A DNA stretch of 64,000 nt, taken from the IMG/VR virus record IMGVR_UViG_3300020050_010116, positions 16,580-80,579 of that record; one strand, 5' to 3'. The stretch's first letter is position 1; each line of letters starts with the position of its first letter. The position numbers and the translations under genes were made by a program. The DNA comes from a virus (taxonomy: Duplodnaviria > Caudoviricetes). Of the stretch, positions 29,001-39,027 are shown in pieces. The notes below the pieces were generated by a model. It saw nothing but the letters and a program-made list of their open reading frames with translations. It ran no database searches and was not told the origin of the DNA.

Positions 29001-32000
29001 GTTCTAGATAGAGCTTCTTCAGCAAAACAACTTTTTGCTTGGCAATACACTGAAAAATGGCTGAAAAATTGGAACGCTGATTTCTTCTTGGCAACACCTG
29101 ACTTGCAAGCTTTTGCTATGGCGAACTACACGAATGCTAATATAGGTTTTATAAGTGCAGAATTTAAAAAAGCTGGTTTAAGAAATTTTCAATCCTTACC
29201 TTTAGAGCAAAGATTAGCTCTATTATCAGTGGCTCACTTAACTGGTGCAGACACTGTAGTTGATTTTATGAGAGGTGTTGTTAAGAAAGATGCTAACGGT
29301 GTTAAAAATAAATCCCGTTATGATGAAATGCTTGCAGTTCAAAAACAACTGATATCTGGCCCACTTACAGGAACAACAGATACTACAGTAGAAAAATATA
29401 GTGTTGTCTTCATTGAGGCTGTAAATGGGGTAACATTTAAAGGAAAAGACTTAAGAACTAACAAAGAGTTTAATTACAGATTTCACGGTTCGTCTGAAGC
29501 ACTCGAGTCGGGTAAGATTAATTTTGAGGCGCTTGGTAAGAATTCTGCAGACCTAGATAGGACACTAAAATCACGTTTAACTACTTTTATGAAGAGACAC
29601 CCTAATCTTCTAGCACAAGATCAAGGAGATACTGCTGCAGGTGACAAGTTAGTTGTAGTGACTTCAGGGAATAATAACTTAAATAATTTAGTATTAGCTG
29701 AGGGTTTTGGATTTATAGATCCAGTTTTTAAATCAAACAGTGCTTATTTAAAAAATACACAGGCTGCAGAAGGAGCTGAGCGAGGCGTATTTGCTCTCTT
29801 AAATAAAGATGGAGTTATTAGTTCAAAAGATGCTAAGAGTGCTTTAGACAACGGAATAAGATCAACTAAAAAATTTACAGATAATGAATTAAGAGTAGCC
29901 TCTAATGTTAATTCATTATCTGCCAATACCGATAAAGGAAAAGTTCTTCAGGTAAGCCAAGCTCCATTTTTAAACAAAGAAGCTAAGTTTGTTATTAGCT
30001 CAGGTTTTGGCATAAGAACCATAGATGGTAAGACAGGTCCGCACAAAGGTATAGACATTGTATGTACGACAAGAAGTGTGCAAGGAATGGAATTAGTCTC
30101 TTTAGCTGACGGTGTTGTTGAGTCAGTTAATAAAAATGCCGAAGGATATGGTTATGTTGTTAGGGTAGCTCACGGAGGTGATTACAGCACTGTTTACGGA
30201 CATATGAGTAGAATTGATGTGAAACAAGGCCAAAGGGTTATAGCCAATAAAACAATACTTGGCCTTGCCGGGGGTGCTAAAAAGACCGTAGGGGCGGGGC
30301 GTTCAAGAGGTGCTCACTTACACTATGAAATCTTGTATAAAAATAAGCATATAAATCCTTACAAAATACTTGATTTAGGTCTCGCTGCAGGAGGTCTTGG
30401 TGGTATCCTTGAAGGTATCTATAATCCGTCTGCAGTGGCTGCCCCTAGCTTTAATACTAAGAAATTTACTGAAACTGTACCTAGCAGCCGCCTAGTTGTT
30501 CAAAGCGTATACGACGAATCTCTCTTGTTAAATAAGATTGTTGAGAAATTAAACAAAAATGTTAACAAAGGAATGGCACAAGCTTTTCCTACTATCAAAG
30601 TTTACATTACTGTGGGCAACGAAGATCAAGATTATTGGTTAGGTCTTGATGCATCAACAATAGAATATTATGAATTAAAAGGTATTAGAGACTTCTCTCT
30701 TGTAACCAGTAATCAAAATAACCCTATTGATGTTGTAAGTATGGTAGTCGCTGATCCTAATTTTATTAAAAGTGATGAAGTTACTAGCATACTTTCAAGT
30801 GTATACTATAAAGACGAAGACGGTAATTTAACAAAGACTACGGATACCAATGGTATTTCTATAGATGCAATAGGTACTGATTACGAGAGACAATTTAAGA
30901 ATAATAGAATCAAACTTAGGCCGGGGATGAAGCTTCATATACGTTTAGGATATGAAAATAACCCGAATAATCTTGATATCGTCTTTAATGGTTCAGTGAT
31001 TAATACACAAAATGTAAGCGCTAATTCTATTAGAGTTGTTGCTGAAAGTTTTGGTAAAGAACTTCTTACAGAAGTACTAGGAACCACGGAGCCACAACGT
31101 TTAGGTGGCGGATGGAATAGCTCTACAGGATCTATTTTTGCTGACTTAATGTTACTACCGGGAATATTTCATTTTGGTAAATCTTATTCCTTTCTAAGGA
31201 TGGTTGCACAGTTTACGTTAGGCGATGAGATTGATCCAGAAGCTAAGAGCCTACTACGCGGCAACACTAACTCTCTTTCCCAATCATTTAGTAATGATGG
31301 CAGTGCAAATCCTTTTAACACCAATTACTACTTAGGTTTTAAAATCTTTAGTAATGTTGTTCAAAGATCTAGAGTGTATACGAATATATACGCCGCAGAC
31401 ATAGAACATGTTGATAGTGAATTTGATTCTCCTGTGGCTAATCTATTTGCTAATTCACTGTTTAATTTAAATAGAGCAATCACGTACGATTATTTTGCTG
31501 TAAGTGAAACTCCTTGGGAAACAATGAAACAGATGACTTATCGTCATCCCGGAACTATAGTCAAACCAATGTGGTACCAAGATCGTTGTACTCTATTTTA
31601 TGGAATAAAAGAACAGCTGTATATTGCTAGAGACGCTGATAATGTTCTTATGAAAGAAACTGTCATTGACAAAGATAACAGCCCAGAAGAACAGTTAGCA
31701 TTACCAAAGTACGCAGAAGTTCGTTCTCAACGTATGGAACCAGCATGTAATTTCCATATTTTAAGTACAGAGTTAAATATCATAAATAACGCTATTAAAC
31801 TAAATGGTAATTATTTTACTAAGGTAAACGTTGCTTATAGAGATGATAACGATGATATTACAACTATATCTGATTGGGAGACTCTGCAGATGTCTTTGGA
31901 TGATAACTTATCCCCTTGGTCGATAAGAAGCACTGAGTTGACTTTAAGTGGTTGCGACAAGCGTTACATGGCTTATAGATATGGTACTCAATTCTTGCTA

Positions 32001-33182
32001 GAAGAGGCTGAAAAGATGTATGAAGGCAAGATTCTTATTGTAGGTAATCCAACGATGAAAGCAGGAGATTATGCTTTCATAAAAGATACTAACAAGAGAA
32101 TGTTTGGTATTATTAAGATCAGAGAATGTAAGCATCATTTTAATGAAAAAGATGGTTTCATTACGGAGATCACTCCAGGCCAATTCGTAGAACCTGCTGA
32201 GTTTGTAAGGTCTACTTTCTTTCTTAGATTAGGTCTCGTAGCTAAAGGTCTTATGGATATAAAATCTAAGAGTCTGTTAAGTAAAGCTTTTAGTAGCGAA
32301 AGTCTTCAGATGTTTGTTAACTACTTGTATCTACAAGATCAGTTTGCAAAGTTAAATGAAATATCTGGTAGTGCTGATATATTAAAGATTGATACATACG
32401 TAGCAGGTTTAACTGAAGATCCAGGGTTTACGTTAACCCACTTCAGCATGGGGGCATTCTTTACTTATCTAACTTACCGTACAGGTAAGAATTTAATTCT
32501 AAAGACAGGTTTTAATTCTAGATTTGGTTTCTTTAATAAAGGGGCTCTTCAAGCTCTAAGTAAAGCGGCCTCAGATACTGGAGCGTACTTAACAAGAACT
32601 TTTGGGAAACAAGCCTTAGTGGCCGGAGGAAGATTAGCACTATTTAACGGATTATTAACTTTAGATAAATTTTGGTACGGCCCTGATAAAGCAGCCCTTC
32701 TTGCCAGAGGTGCATTAAGATTACCCGTTATTGGAGTAAACCTGACAGCTAGACTTTTAGTAAGAAGTGCAATTGTAACTGCTAGTACAACAATGCTAGG
32801 AATAAGTATATTTAACCCTATTGGTTTTCTTGTTACTGTTGCCATAAGCTTAGCTATCTCTTGGGCTAATGCTAAGATAGAAGAGAACAAATACACTCGC
32901 CAACCAGCTTTATTCTACCCTCTTGTATACCATGGTAAATATTATGTTGCTGGTATGGATGGTGCTGTTAGAAATACCTACTTTGATTCACTAATCTTAG
33001 AAGGTAAGACAACTATAGCTCAAATACAAAAAGCAGCAACAATCGTAGATAAGAAGAGACAATTAACTGGTAACTCTACTCTATTCCCCGGTTTCTTGAA
33101 AAACCGTGAATACAAAAGAAGAGTTACTTTTGAACTTGATTCTGAAGGTAACGTTGTAAAAAATCTTTATGGAGTTAATTAA
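26100..33182 (+). CDS. Baseplate hub/tail lysin: lysozyme-like + degenerate SNase-like + M23 peptidase + hub domains
   Basis: 2360 aa; AHRES...GKYQLG (lysozyme-like), HKGID...YGHM...HLHYEI (M23), IRLGY...VFNG and YEGKILIVGNPTMKAGD...KHHF (hub). Confidence 0.8.
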   Translation: MKQKEVFIINDVTLDVNPSDIRLIDDTYAMRESYLRSNAVFSHKSKYASSKIVVTIPVQSKDINNLFSYKDYSDLSGIVKVIIQLNNYPFCFIKSKRIESYVSPTAVSEKTNFMIFAVDELNIVTKSELNDVMLLEVVLVYFNHKPFVDDFTFARTLNTSSNPVDINENSNIKFETEYLYNDVGVTSLEESEAWSRYFNKTLSDIKYKVTRENANTFFKGTRGNHFLNSIKLAIGVPTVKVITLDSAQTDFSLVNEETKLVVSSNTELTQEELYTNLLTNKSAQDFRNILREDKQFKELVGEVNPETIIDKITNFKAEKKAEFFKRHKVFAIDYVDMDLTTLNIAVQSFEYRKKNRLAINHIGSLKHPVVQFMGRYPTELSINFTSNINRQYEGEYSPDRSISAIVKEQFNIIDYNASLYPEVTAYNNLKIKTTPTLLTGNVRYLPNQVHISATSQQQGLDSFACTFVESDLTELFKLGEVVNSGKKGGSQLAEFSHKAVQQFLREMKQLLQDKNKINSLSEVDKEILLNLYSRCLQLINMIYQEFGAKDVTELGVDDLVEKVKESDYYLLALLFTTYDPGEPFSAATVLAGFAGVALIASGVGLIATGVGLIATAATYLVADQFQEEINLSPYNYKLLFNNDEEKSTPVVQLNLKLLEGVQSKELILNLIQARLNIVTNTNVSSFKSKIQFREFPETINAFREILSYMQLGAEKGNKICQKVVSSFNKQFFELIGQQTVSFTGQAIPDIKLEKLVNNYVTVSDSIVQNINPFFFLREYKHFEDLEIEEIFNQVTELNNALEDATGITDTIVEIVAEEPLIDKVAGDPDALSYQSAKINYVMPIQAEYKYATVPEPLLKFESALAEVERQERVKNKTPLTNSTSPAYTPFRDNSVPLINDIKRDHDREVLLKYKSRVNLPLTDDQWLYYANTIAHRESRYRHDIKGGARNAYIGKYQLGTGALVEGQVLDRASSAKQLFAWQYTEKWLKNWNADFFLATPDLQAFAMANYTNANIGFISAEFKKAGLRNFQSLPLEQRLALLSVAHLTGADTVVDFMRGVVKKDANGVKNKSRYDEMLAVQKQLISGPLTGTTDTTVEKYSVVFIEAVNGVTFKGKDLRTNKEFNYRFHGSSEALESGKINFEALGKNSADLDRTLKSRLTTFMKRHPNLLAQDQGDTAAGDKLVVVTSGNNNLNNLVLAEGFGFIDPVFKSNSAYLKNTQAAEGAERGVFALLNKDGVISSKDAKSALDNGIRSTKKFTDNELRVASNVNSLSANTDKGKVLQVSQAPFLNKEAKFVISSGFGIRTIDGKTGPHKGIDIVCTTRSVQGMELVSLADGVVESVNKNAEGYGYVVRVAHGGDYSTVYGHMSRIDVKQGQRVIANKTILGLAGGAKKTVGAGRSRGAHLHYEILYKNKHINPYKILDLGLAAGGLGGILEGIYNPSAVAAPSFNTKKFTETVPSSRLVVQSVYDESLLLNKIVEKLNKNVNKGMAQAFPTIKVYITVGNEDQDYWLGLDASTIEYYELKGIRDFSLVTSNQNNPIDVVSMVVADPNFIKSDEVTSILSSVYYKDEDGNLTKTTDTNGISIDAIGTDYERQFKNNRIKLRPGMKLHIRLGYENNPNNLDIVFNGSVINTQNVSANSIRVVAESFGKELLTEVLGTTEPQRLGGGWNSSTGSIFADLMLLPGIFHFGKSYSFLRMVAQFTLGDEIDPEAKSLLRGNTNSLSQSFSNDGSANPFNTNYYLGFKIFSNVVQRSRVYTNIYAADIEHVDSEFDSPVANLFANSLFNLNRAITYDYFAVSETPWETMKQMTYRHPGTIVKPMWYQDRCTLFYGIKEQLYIARDADNVLMKETVIDKDNSPEEQLALPKYAEVRSQRMEPACNFHILSTELNIINNAIKLNGNYFTKVNVAYRDDNDDITTISDWETLQMSLDDNLSPWSIRSTELTLSGCDKRYMAYRYGTQFLLEEAEKMYEGKILIVGNPTMKAGDYAFIKDTNKRMFGIIKIRECKHHFNEKDGFITEITPGQFVEPAEFVRSTFFLRLGLVAKGLMDIKSKSLLSKAFSSESLQMFVNYLYLQDQFAKLNEISGSADILKIDTYVAGLTEDPGFTLTHFSMGAFFTYLTYRTGKNLILKTGFNSRFGFFNKGALQALSKAASDTGAYLTRTFGKQALVAGGRLALFNGLLTLDKFWYGPDKAALLARGALRLPVIGVNLTARLLVRSAIVTASTTMLGISIFNPIGFLVTVAISLAISWANAKIEENKYTRQPALFYPLVYHGKYYVAGMDGAVRNTYFDSLILEGKTTIAQIQKAATIVDKKRQLTGNSTLFPGFLKNREYKRRVTFELDSEGNVVKNLYGVN
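27901..27942 (+). repeat. 21-nt perfect tandem repeat (2 copies plus partials) encoding GVGLIAT
   Basis: CAGGTGTTGGTTTAATAGCAA twice at 27901 and 27922. Confidence 0.9.
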
Positions 33183-33865
33183 TGACAAAAGTTACAGATC
33201 TTAAACATAACTTAGATCGTTACAAAGAATCGTATCAATTAGGTACGATTCTTACTGTAACTCAAGATAAGAATAATTTTATACACGCTATAGTGCAAAA
33301 GGATGATTCTGACATAGCTGATCCTTCACATGTTGACTCTTTAATATTTAACGATTATAATGTAGGCCCAAATGGGGATAAAAAACTATTAGCTATGCTT
33401 TTTATCCCCATAACTAATTTAATTGGAAATGCTTATGAGAATATAGAAAGTTATGTAGGCATGAGAGTTAAGGTAAGACTAGTTGACGGTATTGCTAGAG
33501 ATGCTATTGTACTTCCTGAAGCTTTTCTTAGTTTCTCTCAACAAAAAACTATTAAAAAGGTTCTTACTGAGTCCAAAACAAAAGACGTTCTCGACAAAGA
33601 ATTTGAAAATGAGATAAGTGAGTTGTTAGGGCTTGAGTTGAATGATCTAGGTTTTATTAATTTGCAGGGAAATGACTCTTTTGTTAAAGTAGTCGTTCCT
33701 TCAGGCCATGCAACAACAGATCAGAAAATACAAAATGAAAACACAAAGAATGATAAGCGCTTAGTACTTAAAGAAGAAATTACAACTATACAAGGAAATA
33801 ACCTACTATCTAAAATGAAAACTGCGTTGTGTCACACACCAGCTAAATTTTTATCAGGTAAATAA
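33182..33865 (+). CDS. Putative baseplate spike (gp5/gpV-like OB-fold N-terminus)
   Basis: 227 aa after hub; GTILTV...HAIV...YVGMRVKV OB-like pattern. Confidence 0.5.
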   Translation: MTKVTDLKHNLDRYKESYQLGTILTVTQDKNNFIHAIVQKDDSDIADPSHVDSLIFNDYNVGPNGDKKLLAMLFIPITNLIGNAYENIESYVGMRVKVRLVDGIARDAIVLPEAFLSFSQQKTIKKVLTESKTKDVLDKEFENEISELLGLELNDLGFINLQGNDSFVKVVVPSGHATTDQKIQNENTKNDKRLVLKEEITTIQGNNLLSKMKTALCHTPAKFLSGK

Positions 33866-33869
33866 TCTT

Positions 33870-34178
33870 ATGCTTTTAAAATCAAATAATGCGTCTTCAT
33901 CTTTTGTAGATATTCAAGACGAGTATACTCAAATTGCCAGCGGGCCTAACTCAATAACAACTACAAGAGACGCTGGGAACTTTATAAACGGCCCTGTATC
34001 TTTCTCAAGCCCTCCTTCTTCTTATCGTTTCGGAGGAGTTTTTCGTTTTAATCCGTTAATAGCCACTTGTGTGCCTTCAACTATTGCCACACCTATCTCT
34101 ACATTAACACTAGATGTACCAATTAAAAATATAACTACGCTCTCTGCTATTACTGGTATTATAGCTTCTCTTCTTTAA
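33870..34178 (+). CDS. Small baseplate/spike-associated protein
   Basis: 102-aa ORF in baseplate block. Confidence 0.6.
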   Translation: MLLKSNNASSSFVDIQDEYTQIASGPNSITTTRDAGNFINGPVSFSSPPSSYRFGGVFRFNPLIATCVPSTIATPISTLTLDVPIKNITTLSAITGIIASLL

Positions 34179-34187
34179 GGAATAAAC

Positions 34188-34583
34188 ATGGATTTTAATT
34201 ACGATTTAGAACTGCACATAGAGACTGGAGACATACAGATTGTAAATCAAGATATACCTCTTATAAATAATTATAAGAAATATCTGCTAACTTACACTAA
34301 TAACATCCTTCTTAGCGGTTATGATAGCATATTTAATGACCCTTCTTTCGGAGCTAATTTATCTTCATTCATAGGTACTGGTATTAACGATCAGTTACTA
34401 GAACGAATTAAGTTAAATATTACTAATGCTTTAACTGCAGAAGGAAGTATCTCTAAGAGTATTTTTACTGTAATTGCTACTGAATTAAAAAATACAATTT
34501 ATGTTAGGGTTATTTTTACAACTGAGTCTGATACATTCTCCACTAATTTACAAATAACAAAAGAAGGAGTAGAACTTGACTAA
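34188..34583 (+). CDS. Baseplate wedge protein, gp25-like
   Basis: 131 aa; GDIQIV...PSFGANLSSFIG...IKLNITNAL pattern of gp25/gpW. Confidence 0.75.
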   Translation: MDFNYDLELHIETGDIQIVNQDIPLINNYKKYLLTYTNNILLSGYDSIFNDPSFGANLSSFIGTGINDQLLERIKLNITNALTAEGSISKSIFTVIATELKNTIYVRVIFTTESDTFSTNLQITKEGVELD

Positions 34584-35703
34584 TCAATTAACTATAGATT
34601 CAGGAAAAATCTACAATAATTTAATATCTAATTTAAATATGTTAGATATTAGTAAAGATTCCGCTGTATATAAAACAGTTCAACCTGTTATAGATGAAAT
34701 GAATTCATTTCTAATTTACGCTAACAATATAACTAAAGAGTTTAATACTACTACCGCTAGCTTTGTATCTCTACAGAGGGAGGCAGCTAATTATAATATT
34801 TTCAGACGTTCTTTTAATGATCTAATTATTGATACACCTATGGAGGCTTTAAAAATAAGCGTAGATCCTTTGAATGTATTCGGAGATATTCAAAATACAA
34901 CTCTGTATAAGAAAGGGGCTATTATAAACATAGGTAATATATCTATAACATTTTTAAAAGATGTTGTCCTTAGTAATAGTACTGATACTCCGTCTATTAA
35001 TGCTAAATTAAGTTTAGTTAACGTTGACACCTATTACATAGAAGATGGTAGCACCTATTTAGTAACCCCTACTACAAACACAACCTTAGTACCAAATGCA
35101 TCGTTAACTTTTACAAGAAATATCGGTATTGTAAATATACAAGAAAGTATTGAAGACTTCAGATTAAGAATTATTGCAGCTAAGAGTCTTCCTTTTCGTA
35201 ATTCAAATAGCGTACTTAATCAGCTTGTGTTAGAAGTGCCTGGAATTACTAATATAGATGTTGCTACGGAAGAAGATAGTAGCTTCAACAGAATTTACGT
35301 GTACACTGAGCGATTATATACCACAGGAATAGATGTGTTAATTAATACTGGTTTAATCCCTGCAGTACAATCGGTCCTTAGTGATAAATTAGATTTTAAA
35401 ATCAAGACGGAAGTATTAAGCGCAACCCCATTAGAATTAAATATTAACGTAAGCACTTTGAGTTCTAATGTGAGTACAGAAACAGTTAGGGCAACTCTTA
35501 ATAAAACACTCAGGCAGTATAAAAACTTAGATAAAAATACTTTATACAACTTATTAAAAAGTCAAATAACAGATTTAAACAAAGTCTCGATTGAATTAAA
35601 ATCTATCAGTATATTTGAAAATAATTTAAATCTGGTCACAGATGCTCCTATCGTACTACCAGAAGGGCGTTTCTTTTATATAAGTAAATTATCTGGAATC
35701 TAA
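34576..35703 (+). CDS. Baseplate J-like wedge protein
   Basis: TTG start with AAGGAG RBS; ESIEDFRLRI and VLEVPGITNIDV motifs of baseplate J/gp6. Confidence 0.75.
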   Translation: MTNQLTIDSGKIYNNLISNLNMLDISKDSAVYKTVQPVIDEMNSFLIYANNITKEFNTTTASFVSLQREAANYNIFRRSFNDLIIDTPMEALKISVDPLNVFGDIQNTTLYKKGAIINIGNISITFLKDVVLSNSTDTPSINAKLSLVNVDTYYIEDGSTYLVTPTTNTTLVPNASLTFTRNIGIVNIQESIEDFRLRIIAAKSLPFRNSNSVLNQLVLEVPGITNIDVATEEDSSFNRIYVYTERLYTTGIDVLINTGLIPAVQSVLSDKLDFKIKTEVLSATPLELNINVSTLSSNVSTETVRATLNKTLRQYKNLDKNTLYNLLKSQITDLNKVSIELKSISIFENNLNLVTDAPIVLPEGRFFYISKLSGI

Positions 35704-35705
35704 TT

Positions 35706-37805
35706 ATGAACTTAACTCTTGATAGCATCACAACAGATATCACACCTACAGTATATAACACCATTTATTTTTTTAAAAACTCCGTTTACCATATTTTAAA
35801 AATTAACAGTACAGATGTAATCAATAGCGTAACGGATCTTCAACTATTCTACGTAGATATTAATGATAACTTTCATTTAATAGAGTTGGATTATTTTTCA
35901 CATACAAATAATCAATTAGTTATTTATTTTTACAATGACTTAGCTGAAGGAGTCTATAAAAATAAGCTGTTGATTAACACGAAGATTAATAACAAACTGT
36001 ACAAACAATATATTGTTGGTTTTAATATTAAAACCGTTATTACAAGCAATTTTAACTTCAACGTAAAAAGAAAAACTTATGTACCTATTGAATCAAATTT
36101 TCTAATAACTAGAGCTAAAGCGAGTGTACCTACTTGGAGCACACCTTTTACAAAAGAAGTTAGCAACTATAGTAAATTACTAGAACCCTCTTATAAGTAT
36201 ATTAATAGCTGTTACAATAAACTTAAGGATATAATTAAGAATAAAAGAAATCTAGCCTCGTATCAGGTAAATGAAAAACCTTTCAAAGTAGTCGATAGCT
36301 CAGGAAAAAAGCATTTAAATTATCATAATTTAAAGTCTTCTAATCATAAGCAAATTAGTACTCCTTATCTACTGGATGTAGAGGCTCCTCATATTACTTT
36401 TAAATCTTTTGTCTACCACCCTAATTTTAATTTTAAAGATGTTGCTTTCTCAGGCACTCACTTGTATATAAAAAAAGAAACAGAGAATACAAACACTGTA
36501 ATTTTTATAGAGGGTTTTTCAGGAAACAAACTTGTGTCTGAAAGCCTGAATCTACAAGGTACTAATGTTAAAGCTACGCTGCATAAGTACGATATTCTTA
36601 TTAAAGTTAATTCTAAAGAAAGCTTAGAAATCTCAGATCATGTGGACTGCACCAAAAACTTTACGTACTATGATTACAATATAACGCCTACACCTTTATT
36701 TATAAACGAACGTCAGAATTTTGAAGCTTACCTTCCGCAATACCGACTAGAGTCTAATAATCAAGGCGACACACCAGTTCTAGTTATTTATGATAAATTA
36801 GAAGTTAAATACAAGTATTCTTTTACTACGCCAGTTGTAGATTCTTTGTACATTGACGACTCTTTAAATATTTATTGGACTTCTGCTGACACTCTATATC
36901 AAAGTAATTTAGGACTCAGCCAAGATAAACATACTACTAACGTTTATGAGAATTCAAATAAATATCTTTATACTGATACTTCAGAATATTTACTAAACGA
37001 TTGGATTGAAGTCAGTGCAAACTTTCCGTTGCTATTGCAAGACGTTCCTGACACATCTTCTGCTGTATTGAGTGTAACAATAGATGACGTTGTAAAATAT
37101 TTTAACACTGAATTGAATACCCTAGTCGATCATAAATATGTTATACAAGGTGATAGTTTAAATAGTATTTATACGTTTTCTATGCTTTGTGATAAGACTG
37201 AGGGTTATATAGTAACACTACAAACAAACAAAAATAACTACACCCTTAATACAATACCTAAAGTAATTCCATCAGTTAATTTTATAAATCTACCTACAGA
37301 TAGTTTATTACTTCATGTTTACAATAATAAGTTAGTACTTGTTGGAGAACAATATGGTGCTAACTTTATTGGCAACACTTACACAGGTGCTACTACTTTA
37401 GTATTTTATTGGAATGGTGTGCAGTCGTTAGATTTTGATTTGGATTTTTATGGTTATTTGATTAATACTGTTGATAAGCAACTTGATGACTCTTTTATTA
37501 AACGATTGACAAGCGACGGTTCTCGTCTAACAGAATCCTACTTGCTAGACATAAATGAGTTACTAAAAATAAGTCCAAACTCATCTTTGGTATTTAAAGT
37601 TAAATCAAAATATTCTAAAGAAGAGAGCTTAAATAAAACAGCTGTTATTGATGGAGATATAACAGCAACCTGTTTAATTACACTATCTGACGGTACAACT
37701 AAATCAATTACTTTACATCCTTTAATTACAGATACAGAAGAATATGAATATACAATAACTGTAACAGGAAATACAATAACAGAGGCACTTAATGTTAATT
37801 ATTAA
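35706..37805 (+). CDS. Hypothetical baseplate/virion protein
   Basis: 699-aa beta-rich ORF after baseplate J. Confidence 0.7.
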   Translation: MNLTLDSITTDITPTVYNTIYFFKNSVYHILKINSTDVINSVTDLQLFYVDINDNFHLIELDYFSHTNNQLVIYFYNDLAEGVYKNKLLINTKINNKLYKQYIVGFNIKTVITSNFNFNVKRKTYVPIESNFLITRAKASVPTWSTPFTKEVSNYSKLLEPSYKYINSCYNKLKDIIKNKRNLASYQVNEKPFKVVDSSGKKHLNYHNLKSSNHKQISTPYLLDVEAPHITFKSFVYHPNFNFKDVAFSGTHLYIKKETENTNTVIFIEGFSGNKLVSESLNLQGTNVKATLHKYDILIKVNSKESLEISDHVDCTKNFTYYDYNITPTPLFINERQNFEAYLPQYRLESNNQGDTPVLVIYDKLEVKYKYSFTTPVVDSLYIDDSLNIYWTSADTLYQSNLGLSQDKHTTNVYENSNKYLYTDTSEYLLNDWIEVSANFPLLLQDVPDTSSAVLSVTIDDVVKYFNTELNTLVDHKYVIQGDSLNSIYTFSMLCDKTEGYIVTLQTNKNNYTLNTIPKVIPSVNFINLPTDSLLLHVYNNKLVLVGEQYGANFIGNTYTGATTLVFYWNGVQSLDFDLDFYGYLINTVDKQLDDSFIKRLTSDGSRLTESYLLDINELLKISPNSSLVFKVKSKYSKEESLNKTAVIDGDITATCLITLSDGTTKSITLHPLITDTEEYEYTITVTGNTITEALNVNY

Positions 37806-38406
37806 TAGAACTTTAACAGGTATGTACGGCGTTGAATCATTAAATGTAGGTTTTGAGTTTAATGATATAAACTCTACGCTATTTGTAGAGCAACCCAACA
37901 ATTATAAATTATATGATAAATATGGTAATATTTCTGAAGTCTTCATAGGCGAAGGGGCTGTTTTCACATCTAGTTCTGTACTGCTAGAGTTAAAAGTTTA
38001 CAGTGGCTTCGAGGACATCATTCAAATACTTGTGGATGGTTCTTCAGTCGTATTACCATTCTCTTTAGAAGAGAGTGTTGTAAGTAACATACGTTACAAA
38101 TACTACAAAATCAGAGGTTTCAATAATTACTGTTTGTATCTGGCTAATACCAGTTCAGCAGCTAAAGAGATTAAAATACAAACTAATTATTTACATATAA
38201 ATGGTAATACTATTTTTAATAAAGAGTCTGCACAACTCGTATCAAAAAGTTCAACTGCTGTTATTGATACTACTTTAAACCCATATGCCAGACCGTACAC
38301 AGACCAGCAATTTATTTCTGATGTCGATAAAGAAACAATTAACCGCGATCTTATAACAACTACGATAGATAATGCATATACTGTTTTTAATTTGGATGGT
38401 ATTTAA
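37792..38406 (+). CDS. Hypothetical virion protein
   Basis: 204-aa ORF overlapping the upstream gene. Confidence 0.65.
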   Translation: MLIINRTLTGMYGVESLNVGFEFNDINSTLFVEQPNNYKLYDKYGNISEVFIGEGAVFTSSSVLLELKVYSGFEDIIQILVDGSSVVLPFSLEESVVSNIRYKYYKIRGFNNYCLYLANTSSAAKEIKIQTNYLHINGNTIFNKESAQLVSKSSTAVIDTTLNPYARPYTDQQFISDVDKETINRDLITTTIDNAYTVFNLDGI

Positions 38407-38409
38407 TTC

Positions 38410-39027
38410 ATGGATATAGTAAAAGATACTTTACGCAATTCTTTGTTTAAGGAAGGTACTGGTGTTCTTATAAACTCGCCAGTGGTTAATACAACTAGTA
38501 AACAATACGAGGAATCTCTTTCTAAGCTTCCTCTGTGTAGGATTAATACTACTAAACACATTAAAAAAGAAAGAGATAATTTATTTATAGATGGAGTCTC
38601 ACACTCTATACTCGACTTTAAAATTGGAGATATGCTAAGACTGTTGATTGCCAATGATGTAGATTGTTCTATAATTGACTCTCATGTGTGTTGCAACTTA
38701 CCTGTTTACCATATAATTGATTTTAGTAATAAAGTAAGTAAAAGTATAAAAATACAAGAGAGTCCTTTAAATCTAGAATATATATCTGTAGATAACCATA
38801 ACATATATACTGAACAAAAAACACTAAGCTATACTGTTATTGATAGGAATGGTGAAGATGTCGTTAACGACATAATAGGTACTAATGTATTTACAAATTT
38901 AGGCGTAGATACTTATTTAATTGTAACGCAAACATCTACAGATTTTGACTTATATTTTGTACTCGACGTTGCCTACACAGACAGTAGCAAAATACTTAAT
39001 GCAGGAGGTTTTATCAATGTTTCCTAA
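38410..39027 (+). CDS. Hypothetical virion protein
   Basis: 205-aa ORF in the operon. Confidence 0.65.
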   Translation: MDIVKDTLRNSLFKEGTGVLINSPVVNTTSKQYEESLSKLPLCRINTTKHIKKERDNLFIDGVSHSILDFKIGDMLRLLIANDVDCSIIDSHVCCNLPVYHIIDFSNKVSKSIKIQESPLNLEYISVDNHNIYTEQKTLSYTVIDRNGEDVVNDIIGTNVFTNLGVDTYLIVTQTSTDFDLYFVLDVAYTDSSKILNAGGFINVS

